A DNA stretch of 64,000 nt from Neoconidiobolus thromboides FSU 785 (GCA_025603075.1 MU626343.1:23599-87598); one strand, 5' to 3'. Shown: positions 11,670 to 24,242, counted from the stretch's first letter. The notes: generated by a model not told the origin, from the letters alone. Translations and numbers: made by a program.

Positions 11670-12587
11670 ATGTCAATATTCAACTTTTTATTTTTAGTGA
11701 TATTTAACTTGTATTTAATCACCAGCTTAAAGTCTTATGATCTAAGAAATGACTTAGCTAGCTTAGAGAACCGATATGGCCTAAATTTACCACCAGGAAG
11801 TCGGATAGTGTATGGAGAGATAGCAGAAGAACCTGATCAATATCATTTTATTATGGCAATTGCCATTGGACTGCTTCCAGACAGCGTAATCTGTGGAGGT
11901 ACTTTGATTAATCCATATACCATAGTAACCGCAGCACATTGTAACAAAACATTTGGGTTTCAGGGTTTAATTGCTTTTCAATCAATCTATGACTTTGATG
12001 ATCCAGAACAGGTTAGAAGAGGGAGCAGATATAATATTATCAATTTTATTCAACATCCAAATTATGACCCAGAGCTGGGTGTTAATGATAGTAAATGCTA
12101 AGTTATCTTATTTTGGTAATTTTTTATTAACCTCTTTTCTTAAGTTGCAGTACTACGACTGAATAGACCTGCCAGGGTTAAGGCTCCAGTCATGTTTGAT
12201 GATGGTACCATAGCAAACGATTTTTTACATAAAGTAAGGGTTGTTGGATGGGGTTTCTATGAAGTTGGAAGGAGAGTATCTAGTAGGGTGTTGAGGAGAG
12301 CAGATTTACAAATAACTGATAACAGGATGTGCCAACTTTATATGAAAACTCTGTTAGGTGAATTTGTAAGTGAAGACAAACATGTATGTGCTTTAAAAAT
12401 CGGTGGTCAAACTGATTCTTGTCAAGGAGATAGTGGCGGTCCTCTTTTAGCTCGAGTTTGTGGAGAGTGGATTGTGGTTGGAATTGTTTCTTTCGGTTAT
12501 CAGTGTGGATTAGCTACAGTACCCGGTGTATATACTAAGGTTGGCGCTTTTTTGGATTTTATTAGACAATATACGTTTTATAGATAG
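11670..12587 (+). CDS. Secreted trypsin-like serine protease (S1A), 287 aa, 2 exons
   Basis: Exon 1 11670-12090, intron 12091-12144, exon 2 12145-12587. Signal peptide, activation site SR|IVYG, triad TAAHC / NDIAVL (across the intron) / DSCQGDSGG. Confidence 0.95.
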
Positions 12588-13499
12588 AAGAGTGTCTAAT
12601 AATAATCAAGTTAATAATTTTATAGTTCATTAGTGTAAACACAAATCAGCTAAAACACGTGGTTTTCCTATATACTTCAATCGAGTTCAACGAATACTAT
12701 ATAACAATAATCCCAAGTTTTTCTGATTTTATTCAAATTATAAATTTACCACATTCTGTATGATATGCAACTGGTTTAGAAATTTGACAAATTTAAGATG
12801 GACCAATTTCAACAAAATTAGCTTAAAATTAAAAGTTTTATCAATGGTCTTTTCAATTTTTATGCTTAAAAATAAACAAAGTATAAGATAAATATTCATA
12901 ATCTTTTGCATATAAAATATTCAATAATTTATATTGATTCCAAAATAACTAAGTTTATTAGAATTAATACTATATGCTAGTAAATTTATTTTATTCTTCA
13001 TAATCATACAGATGATTCTCACTTTAAATTGAAAATGAGTAGTAATAATTTTCAAAATTAGCCATTTAGTATTTTTTTAAAGTTTACTGCTAAAAAATCA
13101 GCGGTTTACATTAAAGTTTATAATCCTAAACTAGAAGGCTATTTATAAATGAATCTAATCTGGTATGCTACCACTTTAATTATTACTATTGCTAGTATCT
13201 TTTTGTATTTATAATTTTAAAAGAAAGCTATAACGTTTGAGAATTTTTGATTTTCACATTCTAAATTTGATAGTATAAAAAGGAATTCGACTCATCAGTA
13301 AAATTATGAAAATTAACAACAAGCTTAAATCAATTTACAAACTGTCTTATTAAAATCTGACAAAAATTAGTGATTAAAAATTTTGGTCAAATTTTACTAG
13401 TGTTTTGACCCTATTTTTTAAAATAAAAACATTATTTTTAGTTTTAGGTGAACCAGCTTTAATTATTCTCATTTTTGTTCCTGTTTTAATTATTTTAAA

Positions 13500-13602
13500 A
13501 TTTGAGAATGTTCTTTGACTTCATCGCTTTTTCCATTTTTAAGCGCTATTTGATGGAAAGAGTATCAGTAAACTTATTAAACGAAAAAATATATTCTCAT
13601 CT
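13500..13602 (-). mobile_element. Family-A MITE, degenerate
   Basis: ATTT-GAGAATG..TTTTAAGCGCTATTTG..ATATTCTC-ATCT. Confidence 0.7.
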
Positions 13603-14645
13603 AAAAAATCAAATTATATATTTTTATTAACAAAATCTTCAATGATTTGACATTTGGCTTTGAATTTGAATTACACAAATTGTTATTAATTTTTTTCAAC
13701 TATGACCATAAACAAAAATATATTTTAAATACTACAAGTTTAAAGTTTTTCCAATAACTATATAAAGCAGTGTTTTGTTTAAAAATTAGCTAAATATTTT
13801 TTAAAATTTTAAACTGAAGAATAAGAGTAAGCAAAAATAAAGTATAAAAAGATTCTTATATTATACTTTATACATTGTTGTCTCCTAAAATCAAAATAGA
13901 TATTTGATAATTAAATAAAAAAGTAATAAACTTAATACTCTTAATGTATAAGAAACGTTTTAAACCATTTTTAAGTATTGTGACATATTTGTTTCAATGA
14001 TATTTATTAATTAAGGGTTTAAGCTTTGGTAGTACGGTTATCTTGTTCAGTCAAAAGTTGTGAATTAAAGTACATAAATTTCATATATCAATTATCCATA
14101 CATGATATATGGATATGTAAATTTTATGTGTAAGCAAATGGCTTTAATATTTTTGAAGCTTCCTTGGTGGTAACTGCTTTATAATTAAACATTACGGGAT
14201 TTATAGTGCTTGATATGGCTTAATGTTTTCAGCAAAAGTAGTAGTAATATTGCTTGCTTATAGCATGTTTTTTAGGAGCTTTGGTAGAGCATTAATTTAT
14301 GATTTTTTATTATATAAACATGGTTGAAATTACAACTATGTAAACCGTCTTTAAAGATCACTCATTGCTACTACTTTTATCATATAAAGTCATTGTCATG
14401 TATTGTGATTAATCGGTATTATTTTTTTAAACAAAATAACTATTTTTTATAATTTTATAGCATTTTTATACTACTTTTTACTTTTTAAAGTGCTACAGTT
14501 TTTTAAATTTTTAAAACTCATTTATTATCCAAAAATAGCAACTTAATTTTTGATCTACTACTATTATGTTTATCACTAAATTAAACAAAAATTTAAAGAG
14601 ATACAATTAAAATTTTATTTATTTATATTCGAAATATTAACTATC

Positions 14646-15562
14646 ATGTCAATATTCAATCTATTATTCCTAACAATAGTAAATCTACAACTAATCACCA
14701 GTTTAAAGTCTTATGATCTAAGAGCGGATTTAGCCAATTTAGAGAACCGATATGGTCTAAATTTACCATCAGGGAGTAGAATTGTAAACGGAGAGATAGC
14801 AGAAGAGCCAGAGCAATATCATTTTATCATGGCTATATCTACCGATCTATTACCAGGTTTCGTAATCTGTGGCGGTACTTTGATTAATCCATATACCATA
14901 GTAACCGCATCTCATTGTAACAAAACAATTGGATTTCAGGGTTTAATTGCGTATCAATCTGTTTATGACTTTGATGATGAAGAACAATTTAACAAAGGGA
15001 CAAAATTTAACATTATTGATTTTATTCAACATCCAAAATATGATCCAGAGTTATATATTAATGATAGTAAGAATTAATTTAAATTGTTTAATAGCTTTTT
15101 GTTAATATTTTTTTCTTAGTTGCTGTGTTAAGACTAGATAAGCCTGCTAAGGTTAAAGCCCCAATTAAGTTTGATGATGGTACTATTGCAAACGATTTTT
15201 TGCATAAAGTAAGAGTAATAGGATGGGGCTTGTATGGAGCTGGGAATACGGAAACCAGTAGAGTGTTAAGAAGGGCCGACTTACAAATAAGTGATAGCAA
15301 GTTATGTCAAATATATATGAAATCTTTATTAGATATTTATATAAGTGAAGAAAAGCACATTTGTGCTTTAAAAATTGGTGGACAAGCTGATTCTTGCCAG
15401 GGAGATAGTGGTGGTCCCCTTATATCACGAGTTTGTGGTGAATGGGTTTTGGTTGGAGTTGTTTCTTTTGGTTATGAGTGTGGGTTAGCTACAGCACCTG
15501 GTATTTATACTAAAGTTGGCAATTACTTGGATTTTATTAAAGAAAACACTTTTTATAAATAA
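14646..15562 (+). CDS. Secreted trypsin-like serine protease (S1A), tandem paralog, 287 aa
   Basis: Exon 1 14646-15066, intron 15067-15119, exon 2 15120-15562, with the same exon lengths as the first copy. SR|IVNG, TASHC, NDIAVL, DSCQGDSGG. Confidence 0.95.
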
Positions 15563-15687
15563 ATATATAGGGTTATAGCCAATTTAATCATTTTAAATAT
15601 AAATTTCATTTATTCAATAAGCAAATATTTTTTAAAATTTATAAATAGTAAACATAAAATAGAAATAAAAAACAAACAGGAATTAAA

Positions 15688-16733
15688 TTAATTAACTTCA
15701 GTTACGACTGGTTGGCCTATCCCACTTTCTGGATTTTGAAGTAAGTCACTTTGCTGCTTACGAAGTCGTACATACTCCATACTGCATTTAACAATTATAA
15801 GGAACCCTAACAACATCAATATATAAGCAAACCAGACTGTTGTTGCTGGTAGTATACCATCAATAGCAAAGAGATCATTGATTTCCTTTTTATCCTGTTC
15901 CCCAATTAACTCTAAGTTGCTATTATAATATATTGCTTGAATCTCAAATCCTTGATTTAACAGTGTAATACCTAATCCTATCAAAGAACCAAGCTAAAAA
16001 TACAATCAATAAAAAATAACAAAAACAATATTATTAACTTACTCTTCCTGCATGGTTAATATGTAAAAAGTAAGTTATCACAAAACCAATATAATGAAAT
16101 AAAGATGAAATAAATGCATTCCAAACAAATGATACTAGCCCTCCAACTGGTAACCCTTCTACCAAAAGATCATCAATATCTAAGGCACTTAAAGTACGCG
16201 CATGTCCAGTACTTTCATCAAAACAAGGCGGTGCTGGTTCTTGCATCACTGTATCATAGCCTGGAAGTTGACCATTTGATTCTGTTTCTCCGTCCCACTC
16301 ATTTGGAGGTAACAAAGGTGGAGGAGGCAAACTATTACTATTACCATCTCCGCGATTAGGTTCTGTACTAGGTTTTGCACTTAAATTGGCAAATACACCA
16401 TCATTAATAGCACCCATTGTGGGCGGTAAACGTATTACGTTTTCTGGTTTTTCTTCGTTATTGTCAATATTATTATCATTATTTTCTATTCTTGTTTCCG
16501 TCCTTTCTACTGAAACTTCTTCTTGAGTTTGCTTCTTTTCTTCCTCTCCTTCCTCCTCTTCCTCTTCTTCATTTATTCGAAATGCATCAGATAATGGATG
16601 CTCAATCAAAGAACTACTTTGAGTAGCTTCAGTTTCATTTGAATCTATATCATTAGAGTTTAACTAAAAAAGTGATTAAACCATTGCTTTTATTTTAAGA
16701 AACATTAACACTTACTTTTTGATAACTTGCCAT
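15688..16733 (-). CDS. BSD2: Metal homeostasis protein Bsd2 / NEDD4-family-interacting protein, 314 aa, 3 exons
   Basis: Exons 16733-16716, 16663-16043 and 15993-15688. Hallmarks NDGVFANLSAKP and LVEGLPVGGLVSFVWNAFIS..IGFVITYFLH..HAGR.GS..GLGITL. Confidence 0.9.
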
Positions 16734-18346
16734 GACTTTATGTATTATTTAATTATTAAATAAAACGATAGAATATTAAGTGAATTTTTAAATTGTTGAA
16801 AAAATTATTTTCAATTAATAAATTAAGATTAACTTTGCATGACAATCAATGGAACAGCATTAGTCAGATTGTGTTTTTTAATTGGTCGATACCCTTGCGT
16901 CAACCAATTAATTGGGGTTTTTTCTATATCCACCGCTCAAATCAGTGAACTAGATCACAGATAAAGTAACCTTTAATGGTTTAGATATGAAATAATTTTG
17001 ATCTTTAGTTGTTTAATTGGTGGCTTAACTTGACTCAACTTGGCCTAACTTGGCTTAACTTGGCTTTGTTCTTTAAACTTCAAATAAATTCATCGAATGT
17101 TGTGGAAATAGCTAGTAGCGCTAAAAAGTGCTACTAGTGTGAAAATTGTCTTCAAAACAATATATACAATAAACTTCTTTCTATCATTATTATTATTTTA
17201 AAATAAGAAAGAACTATATAGATTAGTAGGTTTGAGAAATGACTAATGGTGGAAACATAATTTTTATGTTTGATTTGGGTTTATATTTGTTAATTTATAC
17301 GGTAATATTTTTCGTTTCATTTTTTGTCCATTTCTAATGTAGCGTGAAATTAGAAAATTATTAGACGAATGCTTAGACAAAAACACGGCCATTTGGCTTT
17401 TTCAATTAATCAAAAACCAATCATCATAGTTCAATATTTGTTTATTTTATAATTTTTATATGAAAACTGACGAAAAGTATGCTTTGGGTTTAAGTTGATT
17501 CATATAAAAGCAATTCTTCAGCTATGTCTTTATCATTTTCTTTTTTGCCAGCGGACTTTTCTCAACTTATTTCAAAATGCTTTTATAAAAGTTACATATT
17601 TCTTCAACATTAATTGAGATCATAAGTTACATGTCCATTATTACTTTTTATTAATAGGATTCTGTTTAATCTAAAGTGGTGCAAAATCATTATTGAATTT
17701 TTTGTTTCAATATAGTCATTAAATTTATATTTCAAATATATCAATTACGTCCACATAACAAAATGTTACCGTTCACTATGTTTACAACAAAAAAATTCAT
17801 TTTTTTATTCAAGTTTATTATACACTATCGAATTCAAATACAAATAACTCTTAAAAGGTTCAAAACACTCTGATAAATATGCAAAGATTTCGCTATGAGT
17901 ATTTAGTAAGCACTACAAGCACATAGTCAGAGTTACATTAGGACATACCTTTAAATTGTGTCTACTAATGTTTTAACGTTTATTAGTTTTAACTTGAAAT
18001 GCTTGTTAATGGTAATTAGCCTCTTATATATTTAATGTTAACATAATATTAAAATAAAAGTTTTATAGAAAAAATGATACTAAGAGTTTAACCAATTATA
18101 ACAATTAACTCAAGTTGTTGAATTATTTGGAAAATATAAAACAATGAGGAAAAAGTAAATACTATTGATTCTACACTAAATCATTGGTAGATACTTTTTC
18201 ATCTTCAGTCGTTACTTTATCATCTCATATCTAAATCATACAAATTAGAGTTTGAATATATTTTTTAATTATCTCAATATAAAACAGGTAAAGTGAAGGT
18301 GCAGTCCACCCTAATGACTTAGTCATCTAATCTCATTCCTATTAGC

Positions 18347-18447
18347 TCTGGGGATATATTTTTTTTGTTAAAGAATTTTGCTAACAATCTTTCCGCTCAA
18401 ATACCACTTAAAAATGGAAAAAGTAATAAAGACAAAAAAACATCCCT
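18347..18447 (+). mobile_element. Family-A MITE
   Basis: GGGGATATATTT..CATCCC, consensus match. Confidence 0.8.
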
Positions 18448-18934
18448 TACTTTAAAATACATCTGATGTTTCTATTTTTTTTGTTTCTATTCATAAAACA
18501 ATTGAGAATCATCAGCTCTTCTAAGTTTTTGAAAAGCAATGAGTATAATTTATACTCACATTATATTAACTAAAATTTAAAATTAAATAGAAATAAAAAC
18601 AAGTTAAAAAGATAACTGCATAACACACAATGAATAAAATAAAAGAGCATAGTGACTGCTTTTTTTAGTAACGTTTATTCTAAAAATTTGAATAATACTA
18701 GGGAGTAGATACAGTAGTAACAGTATGGCGTCTTTATAAGACAATAAAATCTGGGCAACTGCCTGGTTATAATTTCGGATCCAGAAAATAGGATAATAGC
18801 CATTTTTGATTACTATCATTCATTAGTTAGTACTTTATGCTAAATTAATTTGATCAATATGATTATTTATAGAATAGTAATAAAGCATGTAAAGTTAAAA
18901 AGATCGTATACAAGAAGTTAGACTTTCAATCATT

Positions 18935-19040
18935 AAATGGTGATGTGTTTTTGTATTTAAGAATTTTACTAATAATTTTCCACTCAAATAGCGCTTAAAG
19001 GATGGAAAAAGTGATGAAGCCAAAAGAAACACTCCCAAAT
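18935..19040 (+). mobile_element. Family-A MITE with non-palindromic TSD AAAT
   Basis: AAAT-GGTGATGTG..CACTCCC-AAAT. Confidence 0.85.
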
Positions 19041-19182
19041 GTTGTGATATATATAGTTTATCTAATATTTTGATTCATCCATGAAGCAAAATATAAAAAA
19101 GCAGCAAATCCATTATAAAGGTTTTCAATTGATTTAAGCCAATTTTTTAACGGAGGAGTCTTGATGATTTATAACAGTAGTA

Positions 19183-19887
19183 TCAAAAACAGAAATCAAA
19201 CCTGTTTGAGTAGTTAAGGTATCCAAAAAGTATGTAATCTGTATAAGTTGCCTTTTCATCTTCCAAAAACTTGTGTTTAGCTAATCTTTCGCAAAATGTT
19301 GAGAACATTTTTCCAATCATATGCCGTGTGGCTTCTTTATCATGAGTAAGCACCTTTAAATATATTCCAAACCTTATTTCTTGCTCTTCAGCTTCTGAAT
19401 CTTTATAAAATTTTAACATTGTTAAGTAAAATAAGGGTCCAAAGATATATTTATACTCTAATAATGTATTAGCAAAGCTTTGAAGTTCTAGAGATACATT
19501 GTTTCCTGAATATTTTCCTTCAAGGTACCTAGCAACTATTGACGGTTCGGAAGTTATAGCCTCAACATCAAGACTTATAAGATACAGGTTATTCTAAAAT
19601 ACTTTTATAATAAATGAGATAAAATTAGTAAGAAATAGTTACCTTAAATCTGAGAATTCCTCGTTATCCCCAATATACATAAACTTATCCATAATAATCT
19701 TGACATTATCTTCAAGAAATGTAAGCTTTTTCGCATTAAGGCCAACTTTCTTAATAAATAAATTAAAACAATATTTGATTAAAGCATAATCTTTTACCTT
19801 ATGCTTTAAAGCTAACAAAGTTCTCCATACTAATGGATTAGATAAAGTGCCTGCCCTCTTTTCTATCAACTCGTGAATTTCTATCAT
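19183..19887 (-). CDS. Glutathione S-transferase family protein (fungal GST N-terminal + C-terminal type); possibly frameshifted
   Basis: MIEIHEL..LSNPLVWRTLLALKHK resembles the SP.VW.TR.AL..K N-terminus; IVARYLEGKY and FLEDEKATYTDYILFGYL also fit. Two introns are likely. The first acceptor of intron 2 gives a stop; a later acceptor (TTATAAG|TCTT) keeps the frame but drops the usual VP motif. Confidence 0.55.
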
Positions 19888-20868
19888 CTTTATCAAAATT
19901 AAAAGACAAAAAAAGCATCTTTGTTTATCTCATCAAAATAAAACTTATTTATTTTATGGATTAACCTCAACTTTTCATTTCAAATTAAGTTTTGGAACTG
20001 ATTAAATAAAAAAATGGAAGTAAAATCGAAGTTATAGGAAACAGTGGATTTCAAGTAATAAAAATGATCAAAAGTATAAAAACGTTAAACAATACTGAAC
20101 AAAAGCCCATAAAAAAACAATATTCTGGCTACTATTAAAATCATAATAAAGATACTCGATTTCTATCACTTAGTTGATAAAGAGGGAGGAGGGCCATATA
20201 GTCCTTATTGGTGGTAGATTCTAATATATTTAAAACAATTATTTACATTCCACTAACTTTTGTTTACTATTAGCCTAAAGTTTAGCTTTTTATTATATAG
20301 CCTTGATTTTTAAATCAATAATTTTACCCTCAAAAATGTTGTAAGGCACATTTTGAAACTAAGAGAGTATTATAATATACAAACGACAGTAAACTACCTT
20401 CAAGTATTGCTTTATCTATCAATCAAACTTGGAGTAAAACCCCCTTGATCGTCATTGGCATGAATTACATATATAAATATAAAACCATAGCAACTAGATT
20501 GAGTTTACATACTATACCAACCTTTTATCCCCCCCACGGTCATTTGCTCTTTAGTCAGCTTGAATACTAATTAAATCCTACCATGTTTTTCCTTGAACCA
20601 ATATTAATTCATGTGATTAATAAAGCCTAAGAGAAAGGCAGGAGTTACTTTATATGTACGAAGAAACTTATTCTAGTATTTTAATCAAACAGTTTTTTGG
20701 AGAGAAGTAAGAGTTCATTAAATCGAATGGAGGCCTTTTATTACCTTTAAATGAACTGATTGATGAGAAGAAGTATTCAGGTGGCGAGATAGATAGATAG
20801 ATACATTCTTCTCTAACTTATCGATTTATCGGTTTTTAGTTTTAGTTATATAGTTGGCTGCAATGACT

Positions 20869-20974
20869 ATATGGAGATGTTTTTTTAGTTTCATTACTTT
20901 TCCCATCTTTTAAGCGCTATTTGAGTGGAAAGATTGTTAGTAAAATCCTTAAACACAAAAATACATCCCCATAT
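20869..20974 (-). mobile_element. Family-A MITE
   Basis: ATAT-GGAGATG..CATCCCC-ATAT. Confidence 0.88.
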
Positions 20975-21231
20975 GCTGTTTGACCATTGAAAACGATTTA
21001 ATTAATGACAGCCCAAGTCCTGATTGACACATTAAAGGTCATTGATAATTTAAAACATTGATTTGTTACAATTCAACAGCTTTATTAGGAGTGTGCGGGT
21101 TCTTTTGACCCTTAACTAAGCTTATTTATGAATAAATAAATAAATTGAAAGAAACATTTGTTAACTTGAATAAAATATTGTAAAGCTTTATAAATCAAAT
21201 CGAACTAAAACATACTAAAACATAATATAGT

Positions 21232-21611
21232 TTAATAACCAATTCCTCTTAAGTAATTGGAAAGCTATGAGGCAACTCTTGAAGCTTCATCATATTGAGT
21301 AGAATCACCATGAATACCAATAATGATATCCTTAGTAGTTTTTGAAATGGCAACACCGCCATGTCCAAGTTTATCATCAACTTATCATCAACCTTGATAC
21401 ACATCTTCCTTTCCCCATTTATAATAATTACATTGGCATAAAAGATACTTGGATCATTAAATCCTTCTATTATAGTTTGTAATCCCTCTGGCGCGATACT
21501 AAAGTCTTCAAAAGATGCCCATACACTACCATTCTCTTTTCTAAAGATAACAGCTTGTTTAGGCTTACCAACAGTTAACACAACTTGACCAATGTACCCT
21601 TATCAAGGCTT
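21232..21611 (-). pseudogene. Profilin-like pseudogene 1 (intronless)
   Basis: AAG CCT TGA TAA GGG TAC ATT aligns to M S W Q G Y I (start lost, two stops). Then KQAVIFRKENGSVWASF..IEGFNDPS..INGERKMCIKVDD. An 11-bp tandem duplication (GTTGATGATAA, 21392-21371) shifts the frame; after it KLGHGGVAISKTTKDIIIGIH..EASRVAS*LSNYLRGIGY*. Confidence 0.85.
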
Positions 21612-22527
21612 TTTTTTAAATTTTAATTCAAATAGGAAAGATATTTTAAAAAGTTGTAATTAGTTTGCTATTATGTGAAAGCTTGCTTAAATTATGCATT
21701 GCTACTTCATAAAGTTTATCAAGGATATCCTTGTTCTATACTTATTGATTTTTTGAATATATTTACACCAGAGGTGTAAGTAATGGGTTTTGTTCGATAA
21801 GTTTCAATTTAATGCTGCTAGGACAGGCAGTAATATCAAGTTTCTGATATTTAAATTAAAATTTATTATTACTTTTATAAATAAATACCAAATTTGCAAT
21901 ATTTCCATTGGTATACTACAATAACAACTAGCTTGTCTTATATTCTATATCAATTTTTATATCTAGTTCAGTCTTTTGTTACATAACCAAATGAGATTTA
22001 TCCTGTTTATTAACCCATTAAAAGCTCTATTTTTAGTGATAACCTATTTTGTACTTGAACCTTACCAACAATTTACAAGAGTACTTACCACACTGCTTAT
22101 TACTTCTCCAATATACTATATAATAAATCCATAACAAATGGAGGTGAATGAATGCCCAAGTAAAAATTCTATCACTATTTATAATAAATATTTATTATAA
22201 AGTAAAATAAACATCAACTGAAGATTTATCTGTGAAGTATAAAAATAGCTCAAATAGTTTTAAAATGACATATAGTTTAAAGGGGATCAAACCGAATCGT
22301 TATATCGAATATTATCTGGAGCTTTTAATGTCCACTTTAATATTAAATTTAATGTTAAGCCAGTGCTGAGTTCAAATTTTTTATAATCTACAAATATGTT
22401 GTTGATTTTCTTATAGTATTATGGTAGATTCTACAAAATGAACATATTAACTCTTATTTGGCTTTATCTAGTGACCCTTTTTATTTGCAAATTTTATGTA
22501 TAAATCAGTCATCCAATGTAACTTCCT

Positions 22528-22628
22528 ATATGGCAGTGTTTTTTTGGTCTTATCACTTTTTCTATTTTTTAAGTCCTGTTTGAGTGAAAAGACTATTGGT
22601 AAAATACAAACAAAAAATACATCCATAT
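22528..22628 (-). mobile_element. Family-A MITE, degenerate
   Basis: ATAT-GGCAGTGTTTTTT..ATACATCC-ATAT. Confidence 0.7.
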
Positions 22629-23099
22629 ATGTTGAATTTATTTAATATCATTAGGTCATTAAGTTATTTAAATGAGAGGAAATTATAAAAATGAAAACTA
22701 TAATTTTTTTATTTGAACATTTGTCTACATCGATTTACTAATCAATATAAAAGAAGATCATTTTGTTAATACAACAATTGGCTATATTAACTATTGATTA
22801 GTGTGTAATGAAAAGTAATTAACTATGAGGATTATGTTATATACGAAAGAGCCTCAGCGGTTATTATTTCAATTCTAGAGTATTTAAAAGGAACTGATCC
22901 TTGGATTCTTTTATTTTATTCATATTTTAGTTTATTTTGACTTATAAACTTTTGTTACCTTTATTTAATTAACCATAATAGTAGAAATTTAATCAAATCA
23001 AAAGCATGAATTTTTGATTCCTTTGTTCCTATTCTATATGGTTTAGTTAGGGTTTATACGGCTTATATTTCTGATAGAGCTGCTTGATTTTATTTTATC

Positions 23100-23205
23100 A
23101 TTTGAGGGTGTATTTTTTTCATTTAAGAATTTTACTAGTAATTTTTCCATTCAAATAGCATTTAAAAATGGAAAAGGTGATGAACCCCAAAAAATATCCC
23201 TATTT
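23100..23205 (+). mobile_element. Family-A MITE with TSD ATTT
   Basis: ATTT-GAGGGTG..ATATCCCT-ATTT. Confidence 0.8.
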
Positions 23206-23474
23206 GATTCTCAAATTCACCAAAAATGTATTGAAGCACTCGAATATCAAGTAAGTTATATCAATAATTACATTTTAAACTATGTAAGCAAAAAGGTTGT
23301 TAACATTAAATAGTAAAAAAACATGAGATTACATATATTATGAGTATTTATGTTTATTGTTTATGGGATCAGAACAAAAAAACAGCTGATATTAAATATA
23401 AGTCAATAAGCAAATAAACAATATAAATATTATTTATTACCATAGCAGTAATTTATGTTTCTTTGATTATAATT

Positions 23475-23580
23475 ATATGGGGATGTATTTTTGTGTTTAG
23501 AAAGTTTACTAACAAATTTCCCGCCTAAATAACGCTTAAAAAATGGAAAAAATAATGAAGTCAAAAAAACACTCCCATAT
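23475..23580 (+). mobile_element. Family-A MITE
   Basis: ATAT-GGGGATGTA..CACTCCC-ATAT. Confidence 0.88.
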
Positions 23581-23644
23581 AATGTCAAGCAAGTTAGTGA
23601 AAAGTAAGTATATAAAATCAAGATCAGGATTATAATAAATGCAT

Positions 23645-23749
23645 TTTATGGATATGTATTTCTATATTTAAGAATTTTACTAACAATCTTTACGCCCAAA
23701 TAGCGCTTAAAAGATAGAAAAAGTAATGAAATCAAAAACATCCCCATAT
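23645..23749 (+). mobile_element. Family-A MITE
   Basis: GGATATGTA..CATCCCC-ATAT; its right TSD overlaps the former start codon of profilin pseudogene 2. Confidence 0.82.
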
Positions 23750-24242
23750 CTTAGCAAAGTTGAATTGATAATTAGTTATTAAGTACAATCCTAATTAAAC
23801 AAGGTACCATTCTTAATAATAATTCTAGTAGTATATAAACTAACTTTCAAAGGCTCTAATAGTCCATCAGAAGGAGTGTAAGTTACCATTGAAGGGTTGA
23901 AGGATTAAAAGATCTATTACTCTCTTCTCCTACCAGAGTTACTTTAAATAGGTATATAAGGATGCATTTTTATGTTTAACAATTTTATTAACAATTTTTC
24001 TGCTCAAGTAGTGCTTAAAGGATGGAAAAAGTGATGAAGTCAAAAAACACTCTCCTATATACCTTCATGCTAATCAAAAAGATATTGCTGGTAAACCTGA
24101 ACATAGTGATATTGTCATTTCAAAAACTTCTCAGAGTAATAGCATTGGGGTTTATTATTAACTTAATCAGGATAGTGAAGCTTTAGTTGCTGTTTTGGGA
24201 CTTTCTGATTACTTGAAAGGAAATAGTAAACAAACTAATTAG
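23746..24242 (+). pseudogene. Profilin-like pseudogene 2 (intronless), interrupted by a MITE
   Basis: ATA TCT TAG CAA AGT TGA ATT GAT AAT TAG TTA TTA aligns to M S W Q S x I D N Q L L. Then LIKQGTIL..SI*, a 1-nt shift, and TIEGLKD. Removing the MITE plus one TSD gives in-frame GIYLHANQKDIAGKPEHSDIVISKTSQ..IGVY..EALVAVLGLSDYLKG. Confidence 0.75.
23954..24060 (+). mobile_element. Family-A MITE inside profilin pseudogene 2
   Basis: ATAT-AAGGATGC..CACTCTCCT-ATAT. Confidence 0.82.

Noticed and set aside
18604-18819. 71-aa hydrophobic ORF
   Set aside because: No recognisable motif; plausible by chance in AT-rich DNA between two MITEs.
21700-22170. Possible decayed intron-containing permease gene on the minus strand
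   Set aside because: Splice-like signals and a GFII*YIGEV fragment only; no consistent frame or identifiable family.
22815-22900. ASAVIISILEYLKG resembling a profilin C-terminus
   Set aside because: No upstream profilin-like sequence could be aligned.
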